Source: Candidatus Hydrogenedentota bacterium (lineage in GTDB: Bacteria; Hydrogenedentota; Hydrogenedentia; Hydrogenedentales; CAILVY01). Taken from it: a stretch of 64,000 nucleotides of DNA. The stretch lies in assembly GCA_903837785.1 (NCBI GenBank), contig CAILVY010000137.1, positions 15,225 through 79,224 of the forward strand. Direction: 5' to 3'. The stretch's first letter is position 1, and every line of letters starts with the position of its first letter. The notes beneath the pieces were generated by a model that was not told where the DNA came from, did no database searches, and saw only the letters and a list, made by a program, of their open reading frames with translations. Position numbers and translations under genes: made by a program. Positions 57,429-64,000 of this stretch are shown here, piece after piece.

Positions 57429-58322
57429 TCACGGCGTTTGCAGGGTGGCAATGCCGTTCGAATTCTTGGCACCTGGGAAAATGACGGACTTTGAGTTCCA
57501 GTAATTCTGGTTGCCGAGCGTTCCCTGAACCGAATCGTTGCCGGTCCACTTCAGGCCGTATACGTAAAAATGCGGTGCGCGCGTGCCTGGAATCGCATAA
57601 TCAAGCGGGCGAACTGGCCGGCTGACAATCCGTGGCTTCGCAAGATCCTCGGCATCAATCACCACCAGATGAACATCGGGGTTTTCCCATATGTCTTGAT
57701 CCGCGTCGTGAACTGCTTCGAGGAATGCGAGCCGCGATTCATCGTCGGACCAGGCAAGGGGTGAGATCGCATCACGCATTCGGTGATCGGATGTCGCGTT
57801 CGTGACCTTCTGCGCAGGGTAGACTTGCACCGCAGAGGGCGATGAAGCGCCCATATCGAGAATCCCAATGTGCATCGGGAAATCGGCGGGCTTGCAGAAG
57901 CGTGGGCGATGATTGAGGAACGCAATAAACCGCCCTGTCCTGCTGACGCTCGGCTCGACGCACACTATAGTTTCCCCGAACGAGGCAAGGTCTGACAGCC
58001 GCATCATGCACAGGCAATCCGCGTCGCTGCCCACTTCTCCGAAGATCGCCAGAAAACGTCCGTACGCACAAAAATCCGTGATGCGATGGATCGTGGCATC
58101 CGGCAAGAAGATTGTCTTTTCATTCATGCCCGTGGCGCATGCGGGCGCGCACTTCCGCACAACGCCCGATGCCTTCTCCTCCACAAGGATAACGAGGGTT
58201 TTCCCGCCATTATCTGTGACCGCTTCTTCCGCGCAAATATGCACTTCGCCCGTGTCGCTTGCCTTCGCTGGTAATTCGCCCGGGAGAAAGCTCCATATGA
58301 TCATCGTGACCAGCAACATGGC
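57429..58322 (-). CDS. hypothetical secreted protein
   Basis: The signal peptide is MLLVTMIIWSFLPGELPAKA. Local GC is lower. No family was recognised. Confidence 0.35.
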   Translation of the reverse strand, partial: AMLLVTMIIWSFLPGELPAKASDTGEVHICAEEAVTDNGGKTLVILVEEKASGVVRKCAPACATGMNEKTIFLPDATIHRITDFCAYGRFLAIFGEVGSDADCLCMMRLSDLASFGETIVCVEPSVSRTGRFIAFLNHRPRFCKPADFPMHIGILDMGASSPSAVQVYPAQKVTNATSDHRMRDAISPLAWSDDESRLAFLEAVHDADQDIWENPDVHLVVIDAEDLAKPRIVSRPVRPLDYAIPGTRAPHFYVYGLKWTGNDSVQGTLGNQNYWNSKSVIFPGAKNSNGIATLQTP

Positions 58323-58493
58323 TGTCCTCCTCCGCCATGAGAACACTATCGAAGAGCATAGTAAACGGGATTTTACGCATGAGTAAAGCTCGCAGGGTAC
58401 GCAGCAAAGGTTTTGCTGCTCGCCACCGGTTGGGCAAAGTTGCCCTAGGGCCTCTACGTTCCTCACCGATTCAGCTGGATTCAAGACGTGTTC

Positions 58494-58547
58494 CGATGGA
58501 CAAGATGGACACGATGGACGCGATGGTCCCCATGGTCCCCATCGTCG
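58494..58547. repeat. 6 x 9-bp degenerate tandem repeat (GATGGACAA/GATGGACAC/GATGGACGC/GATGGTCCC/CATGGTCCC/CATCGTCGC)
   Basis: The repeat was read directly from the sequence. It lies 11 bp downstream of the GH5 stop and is intergenic. Confidence 0.6.
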
Positions 58548-58557
58548 CACGCCCGGT

Positions 58558-60342
58558 TCACGGGCGCGGCAGGCCCATGACATACGCGCCCAAACCCTCT
58601 TCGACCGCGCTCCAGGTTTGCCCCGGCACCCCCACGAGATCCCAGATCCAGAAGAGATCGCCGAGGTACCCCATCCCGTAGGCCTGTGCGAGCATTTCCT
58701 TGCACATTGCGCGGGCTTCTTCCGGCGTCTTGTTCTTGAACACGCCGTATTCGCCGACGATGGCGGGTCTCACGACTGCATCGCGCTCGTGCATCTCCCG
58801 CCGGACCGTCGGCGTGCCGTCCCACGGGTAAACATGCACATCAATGAAATCCAGCTTGCTTTCAGGGCCTCCCAGTACGGATGGCCGCGGCGGCACCCGC
58901 ACATCCTGCCCCTGATGCAGCAGGCCGTAGGCCGGCGCCCGGCCCGCGGCATCGCTCGTCCACATCCCCGCAGTGACGAGCGCTTCGGGGTCCGCCGCCT
59001 CGACCGCGTCCGCCAGCGTATTCGCCCAACGGAGTATGCCGTCGTCATAGCAGCGCTGCCGTTGCTCGGGATCGGACAGGTCGTACGTCTTGCCGCTGAT
59101 CGTGACAGATCCCTCGGTCTTCGCAAAGGGCCCGTCCGTGTAATTGACGAAGATCTCGTTTGCGAGCGACCACCCGAGCACTGCATTGAGCAGGCCCGCA
59201 TCCGCGTCGCGCAGGAACTCGATGAAATCGCGGATCGCGGCCACTTTCGCCGCTATTGGACCCGGCAGCAGATACTGCCGTGTGTAGCCGGTGACGTCCG
59301 GCGCCGCCCCGTCCGAGGCGGCCGCGTCCACGGCATCGTAGTAGGCGTTGTGCGGCGTTTCATCGAGAACGGGAATCACATAGATCCGGTGCTTCGTGGC
59401 GAGCCGCAGGAAGTCCGCGACATTCTCCATGTACGCGCTGTTGAGGCCGCGCGCGGCCGGGTTGCCCGTGAAACCGGTTTCGCCCTGGATGCCCCAGATC
59501 CACACGCGAATCACGTTCGCGCCAAGTTGTTCCATTGCAGCAAGGGTCTTGTCCATCGCGGCGTGGTCGTACGTGCCAATATTGAACGTGGCATGCCAGT
59601 TCTTCGCGAGGACAGTGTGATTGAAACCGCGCGGCGTGAAGCGCGCGCCCGAGTCTTTGACGAAGAACCCGTCTTTGCGCAGCGCGACTCTCGGCAATGC
59701 TGCAACCGGCGCATGCGGCGCGGGCGACGCCTGTGTGCTTTCCAGGTCCGGATCGAGCCGTGTTCCGCAGATTCGCACATTGTCAAACGCGGCCACGGCG
59801 CCGAAACTTATCAACGCCACCTCGCCATTCGGACAGGCGCCGTCTTCCGTTTCGATGACCCGTTCGCCGTTCACGGACACTTCGATGTGCGTGCCGCGCA
59901 CGGCGCAGCCCAGCCGCACGGTTTCTTCGAGGGGCTGCGCGCGCGTCTGCACCGCGCCCAGCGCCTTGCCGTCCGCGCGATGCAACTCGACCAGGCCATT
60001 CGCCCGGACGAAACACTGATAGCCGTCGTGCCAAGCGCCATTGGCCGCCGGGTTGGCCGCGTGCACGAGCAGGCCCGCCCAAACCGTCTCGGAATCCGAG
60101 AAGACCTCCGGGATGCACAGGTCGGTTTCGACGACGACCTCGCCGAAGCGCAGGCCGGGTTGCGCGGCCAATCCCGCCCGCTTGTCCGTGCCCTGATGCA
60201 CAAGGATGTCGTCCTCCGCTTCCCAGATCCCAGAGTGGGCCACCCAACTCTGGAGGTCGTCATCATAGAAATCCCAGGTACGGTCAAAGAGTGCAGGCGC
60301 GCCCGAAAGCGCGGCCAAGACCAACAGCAAGCCCGGCAACAT
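58558..60342 (-). CDS. secreted DUF1080 (LamG-like) domain fused to a GH5-like glycoside hydrolase
   Basis: The signal peptide is MLPGLLLVLAALSGAPA. The DUF1080-like beta-jellyroll is WDFYDDDLQSW...WAGLLVHAANPA...VALISFGAVAAFDNVRI. The GH5-like barrel is NVIRVWIWG...GWSLANEI...IVGEYGV. A GGAGG is found upstream. The track ORF extends to 60996 by read-through opposite the sigma gene. Confidence 0.65.
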   Translation of the reverse strand: MLPGLLLVLAALSGAPALFDRTWDFYDDDLQSWVAHSGIWEAEDDILVHQGTDKRAGLAAQPGLRFGEVVVETDLCIPEVFSDSETVWAGLLVHAANPAANGAWHDGYQCFVRANGLVELHRADGKALGAVQTRAQPLEETVRLGCAVRGTHIEVSVNGERVIETEDGACPNGEVALISFGAVAAFDNVRICGTRLDPDLESTQASPAPHAPVAALPRVALRKDGFFVKDSGARFTPRGFNHTVLAKNWHATFNIGTYDHAAMDKTLAAMEQLGANVIRVWIWGIQGETGFTGNPAARGLNSAYMENVADFLRLATKHRIYVIPVLDETPHNAYYDAVDAAASDGAAPDVTGYTRQYLLPGPIAAKVAAIRDFIEFLRDADAGLLNAVLGWSLANEIFVNYTDGPFAKTEGSVTISGKTYDLSDPEQRQRCYDDGILRWANTLADAVEAADPEALVTAGMWTSDAAGRAPAYGLLHQGQDVRVPPRPSVLGGPESKLDFIDVHVYPWDGTPTVRREMHERDAVVRPAIVGEYGVFKNKTPEEARAMCKEMLAQAYGMGYLGDLFWIWDLVGVPGQTWSAVEEGLGAYVMGLPRP

Positions 60343-60468
60343 TCGATTCCTACCTCCACCGCTCCCGCGGATGCCCCCACAGCCTACAGGCTTTCCCGAA
60401 TTTGAACAAGATCCCGTCCAGAATGTCATTACAGTGTAAGATGTTCGCGAACAGAACCCCCCGGGGAA

Positions 60469-61002
60469 ATGGCCATGGGAACGACAGGATTCAGCAGGGA
60501 GGCCTGGGTGGCTGCGGCGCTGGCCCGATATGAACGGCCCTTGCTTCGCTATGCCGCCGGCATCACCCACGACCTCGAATGCGCACGCGACGTGGTTCAG
60601 GACACCTTTCTCAAGCTGTGTGAGGCCGACCCGGCCCGGGTGGACGACCACCTGGCGCCCTGGCTCTACACCGTTTGCCGGAACCGCGCCTTGAGCGTGC
60701 GCCAGAAGGAGGCGCGAATGACCCCGTTGGACGATCACGAGAGCGCCACGGCGTCGCCCCCGAGCGATGCGGCGGAACGCAATGAAACGCACGCCCGCGT
60801 GCGCGCAGTACTCGATACGCTGCCGGAGGACTCCCGGGAGGCGTTCCGGCTGAAGTTCCGGGACGGACTCACGTACCGGGAGATTGGCGAGGTGATGGGT
60901 GTTTCGTTGGGCACCGTCAGCAACCTCATCACCGGCGCGCTCAACACGCTCCGCCGCGAACTGCGTCCGGAACTCAACCCGGCGCGGGAGGTCCAATCAT
61001 GA
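60469..61002 (+). CDS. RNA polymerase ECF sigma factor
   Basis: Region 2 is DVVQDTFLKLCE...WLYTVCRNRAL. Region 4 is LTYREIGEVMGVSLGTVSNLITGALNTLRREL. Confidence 0.8.
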   Translation: MAMGTTGFSREAWVAAALARYERPLLRYAAGITHDLECARDVVQDTFLKLCEADPARVDDHLAPWLYTVCRNRALSVRQKEARMTPLDDHESATASPPSDAAERNETHARVRAVLDTLPEDSREAFRLKFRDGLTYREIGEVMGVSLGTVSNLITGALNTLRRELRPELNPAREVQS

Positions 61003-62405
61003 CTACCCACATCAACGATGAAGACCTGGCGGGCTATGTCCTGAACGAACTGGGCGCCTTGGAGCGGCAGGCCGTCGAGCAGGCGCTGCGCGAAGATCCC
61101 GAAGTCCAGGCGCGGCTCAAAGAATTCGAATGGGCCGCACAACGCGCCCGTGAATCCTTCGCCGAAGCGCCCGGCGCCGAACTCACCGGCGAACAACGCG
61201 ACACGATTCTCCGCGAAGCACAGTTGGCGGATGCCATTTGGCGACGGCAGGGCCTCGCATCGCTCAGCAAGAAGCGCTGGATACGATGGCAGACACTGGC
61301 ACTAGCCGCCGGCATGCTGGTGCTTCTGGGTGTTCTCAGTTTCACCATGTTACCAACAAGTACCTGGTCAACAAACGCAACCCAGAAAGCCATAACTATT
61401 CAGTTGTACGGAGGAGAATCGGCTGACGCACAGCAGCGGCTCGACAGTCTCCGTTACGGGGGGCGTGCCGCAGGCGGCATGGGCGGTATGGGTGGCGGTG
61501 GTGGCGGTATGGGCGGCTATGGCGGCCGTGTGAGTGGCGGTAACGGCGTCTATGGCGGCAATCTGAGCCTCTACGAACACCCCGGCCCGGCCGCGCCCGT
61601 GGCAGCACCTGCCCCGCCGCCCGTCCCGGCGCTGACAACCGAAGCGGCGGGCGTTGACGTGAACGGCGATGGCGCGAATGCAGCAGCTCCGACGCAGGTG
61701 AGTTCAGCCGCGCTGCCGGAGGGCAGCGAGCCGGATCGCTATCTCATCAAGACCGCCACGCTGACGATGGAGGCGGAGGACGTAAAGCAGGCGGCAGGCC
61801 AGATCACGGCGGCGGCCATCGCGGCGGGCGGCTACGTCTCGGACACGCGCGAGAGCGTGGACCCCTACGGCCAGCGAAACGCCACGGTTGTGGTGCGCGT
61901 GCCCGCGGACAAACTGGACAGCGCCCTGGAGGGCGTCGAAGCGCTCGGCCGGGTGATCAGCAACCAGGTCACCGCGGAGGACGTCACGGAAGACTACGTG
62001 GACACGGATGCGCGCATCCGCAACCTCACGAAGACGGAGGAACGCCTCGTCGATCACCTCAGCAAGACCAGTTCGATTGAGAACACGCTGAAGATCGAGC
62101 AGGAGATGACGCGCGTCCGCGGCGAACTCGAACGCTTGCAGGGCCACATGCGCTTCATGAGCCACCGCATCGCCTACTCGACGATCCAAGTGACGATCAC
62201 CGAGAAGCCGAAAGCGGGTCCGATCACACCGCCGGAAACCTTCAGCAGCGTGCGCATCGCGTCCCAGGCGCTGCTTTCGCTCGTGCTCTTTGGACAATCC
62301 CTGTGGATCAAGATCATCTGGCTCGGCATCTGGACGCCCGTGTGGGGCGCACTCGTGATCGTTGCCTGGATTGTATATCGCAGGATCCGGAAACGGAACG
62401 CCTGA
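60999..62405 (+). CDS. anti-sigma factor with extracytoplasmic Gly-rich linker and C-terminal DUF4349 domain plus terminal TM
   Basis: ATGA overlap with the sigma gene occurs at 60999-61002. The N-terminus MTTHINDEDLAGYVLNELGALE is an anti-sigma N-terminal domain. A TM helix and a GGMGGMGGGGGGMGGYGG tract follow. The DUF4349-like core (YLIKTATLTMEAED...VRVP...IRNLTKTEERL) precedes a C-terminal TM. Confidence 0.65.
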   Translation: MTTHINDEDLAGYVLNELGALERQAVEQALREDPEVQARLKEFEWAAQRARESFAEAPGAELTGEQRDTILREAQLADAIWRRQGLASLSKKRWIRWQTLALAAGMLVLLGVLSFTMLPTSTWSTNATQKAITIQLYGGESADAQQRLDSLRYGGRAAGGMGGMGGGGGGMGGYGGRVSGGNGVYGGNLSLYEHPGPAAPVAAPAPPPVPALTTEAAGVDVNGDGANAAAPTQVSSAALPEGSEPDRYLIKTATLTMEAEDVKQAAGQITAAAIAAGGYVSDTRESVDPYGQRNATVVVRVPADKLDSALEGVEALGRVISNQVTAEDVTEDYVDTDARIRNLTKTEERLVDHLSKTSSIENTLKIEQEMTRVRGELERLQGHMRFMSHRIAYSTIQVTITEKPKAGPITPPETFSSVRIASQALLSLVLFGQSLWIKIIWLGIWTPVWGALVIVAWIVYRRIRKRNA

Positions 62406-62505
62406 TCGGAAATCCCGGGAGACGGCTCCTTTGTCTGAAGTGAGTGTCTCCCGGGATCTTTTCGAAGTACCCAGCCAGGCAGCCCCCGGCCAAATCACCC
62501 GATGG

Positions 62506-64000
62506 CTATTGACCGATTTCCGCGTTGACGCCCGGCGCGTAATTCGGCACCGCGTCGTGAGCAAAGGCCGTGTAGTAATAATCAGGGACTCCGGCGACAT
62601 AGCCATCGTCCATTAAAGACTCGCCATTGCCCTCAAACACGTTTTCGCCGTCATCCACGGACAGTGGATAGCTGCCCACTTTCCGCTGGATGCGCACGCC
62701 GGCGAAATCGGAATCCGCCGGGTTAATCCAGGTCAGTTGATATCCGCTTTCCACCCGATGCCGGAAGAAGCGGTAGACCCCGGCCGGCGGCGTGATATCG
62801 GGCACCTGCACCTGCAATTCCGTGCTGATGGCGTCGGGCAGACCCACCGAGATATCCAGGAGTTCGCCGTCGCGCGGCGGATTCTCGATGAAGAGGGTCG
62901 CGTGTCCGCCCTCGATGCTGCCCCGGCCCACGGGAATCCGCTCACCCTGGAGGGAATGTCCGAAGGCGGTGACCACCGCGCCGTCCGCCGCATAATTGAC
63001 ATCCAGCACGCCGTTCACAATCGTCAGCCCGATATTCGAGGGAAACTGGAACGTGTAGGGGTACTTCGTCCAGATTTCCATGGTTGGGTCGCCGAAGAGG
63101 TGGTACATGTGGATTTGGTCGCCCGCGTGCGCCGCGTCGAAGGAAACGTTGATCTGGCTCAGCATGTAGATGTCACCGTGGACGAAGATGTCGCCGAGCC
63201 GGTGATGCGAGGCGCCATCGCCGAAGCCCGGGAGCGTGTTTGGAAACAGCGCGTCGATCCACCCCTTGATCTGGAAGGAGTTCTCCCAGATCCAGCTCGT
63301 CCGGCTGGAGGAGAAGACGGCCACCGCCCGGCCCGGGAAACGCAGCAGCCGCTCCGTGAAGTACATCTGGCTGTAATCCGCCGCCTCGCCGACGATCTCA
63401 TTGTCATAATAGCCGCTGCTGCAATTGATGCTGAAGAGCACCGGCGTGAGATTGCTGCTGTTCAAGTCATAGGTGACCTGGTTCCAGTTGAAGCCGGGCG
63501 TTCCCCAGCCGCCCGGGTAACCGTGATCGACGTGGATCATCAGAAAACGGCCCTCATTCCAGGCGTTCACCACGTCGGTCGCGTCGCCGTCCCAGGCGAA
63601 GCCGCTGCCGGGGCCGATGTCGGCCGGGATGGCTGTGCCGTCCCAGTAGAATCGGGGCGTCGCGTCGCCGGTGTAGCCGGGGATCGGGGGCGAGGCGGAC
63701 GGATCGCCGCCATCCACGGTCTTGGCGTAGATGCGGTCCACGGCATACCCCGCGTTCACCATCGCATCGCGGCACACTTCCGAAGGCTCGACGAACGCGG
63801 CCTGATCCGACCCGCGATGCGCCCAGTCCACGTCCGTGCGGCAGCACTGGAATTGCGAGGCCACCGTGGCCTTCTGATAGAAGCCGTGCTGCAGCGGAGG
63901 CGTCTTCTCGTAGTTGATGATCTTGTCCACGACCAGGTTGGCCTCGTCCAGGGTGTCCACCGGGATGCGGCCGAGCGCCACGTCCTGGAAAATGTCAAAG
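62506..64000 (-). CDS. peptidase C25 (gingipain-like) family protein, N-terminus beyond the window end
   Basis: The catalytic His region is LMIHVDHGYPGGWG. The catalytic Cys region is LFSINCSSGYYD. The stop is at 62506. The frame is open to the window edge, so the true N-terminus lies beyond 64000. Confidence 0.6.
   Translation of the reverse strand, partial: FDIFQDVALGRIPVDTLDEANLVVDKIINYEKTPPLQHGFYQKATVASQFQCCRTDVDWAHRGSDQAAFVEPSEVCRDAMVNAGYAVDRIYAKTVDGGDPSASPPIPGYTGDATPRFYWDGTAIPADIGPGSGFAWDGDATDVVNAWNEGRFLMIHVDHGYPGGWGTPGFNWNQVTYDLNSSNLTPVLFSINCSSGYYDNEIVGEAADYSQMYFTERLLRFPGRAVAVFSSSRTSWIWENSFQIKGWIDALFPNTLPGFGDGASHHRLGDIFVHGDIYMLSQINVSFDAAHAGDQIHMYHLFGDPTMEIWTKYPYTFQFPSNIGLTIVNGVLDVNYAADGAVVTAFGHSLQGERIPVGRGSIEGGHATLFIENPPRDGELLDISVGLPDAISTELQVQVPDITPPAGVYRFFRHRVESGYQLTWINPADSDFAGVRIQRKVGSYPLSVDDGENVFEGNGESLMDDGYVAGVPDYYYTAFAHDAVPNYAPGVNAEIGQ

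Noticed and set aside
58618-60405. 595-aa plus-strand ORF
   Set aside because: It is antisense to the DUF1080-GH5 gene, which carries recognisable GH5 motifs.
58558-60996. 812-aa extent of the GH5 ORF in the track
   Set aside because: The 5' 218 codons overlap the ECF sigma gene on the opposite strand and are Arg/Gly-rich. The real start is ATG 60342 with a signal peptide.
61470-61545. GGC-rich tandem repeats (GGMGGMGGGGGGMGGYGG coding)
   Set aside because: This is a coding Gly-rich linker inside the anti-sigma factor, not an independent repeat element.

Overview
This 64-kb window is high-GC (roughly 63-67%) and densely coding. It looks like bacterial chromosome from a Planctomycetota/Verrucomicrobiota-like organism. 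The evidence is many Tat/Sec-exported hydrolases, Gfo/Idh/MocA and DUF362 genes, two ECF sigma/anti-sigma pairs, and DUF1080, DUF4349 and peptidase C25 genes.

I call about 53 protein genes and one tRNA, tRNA-Ala(CGC) on the minus strand at 3738..3813. I found no rRNA, no CRISPR array and no integrase or transposase.

The most notable content is a dispersed set of sphingolipid/glycosphingolipid-type hydrolases:
- a GH30 glucosylceramidase-like enzyme at 617..2017 (GBA1-type)
- a GH116 GBA2-type enzyme with an N-terminal LamG domain at 49971..53312
- two neutral-ceramidase-family proteins at 29508..30920 and 55787..57304
- an EEP sphingomyelinase-like protein at 43357..44286

Other items:
- a translationally coupled ketose catabolic operon on the minus strand: class II aldolase, L-fucose-isomerase-family protein, FGGY kinase
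- a GGDEF/GAF diguanylate cyclase whose periplasmic sensor carries two CXXCH heme-binding motifs
- two adjacent Tat-exported genes of different families that share a duplicated Tat leader
- a 5-gene minus-strand cluster from 33420 to 37312 encoding REC-HisKA, a GT2 glycosyltransferase and two surface proteins that together carry three copies of an unassigned domain of roughly 130 aa
- a 1.7-kb lower-GC, poorly coding islet beside the tRNA-Ala, with small ORFs and a G8 homopolymer

Many long ORFs in the six-frame track are antisense shadow ORFs and are rejected. All family assignments come from motif-level reading of the translations. No database search was possible.
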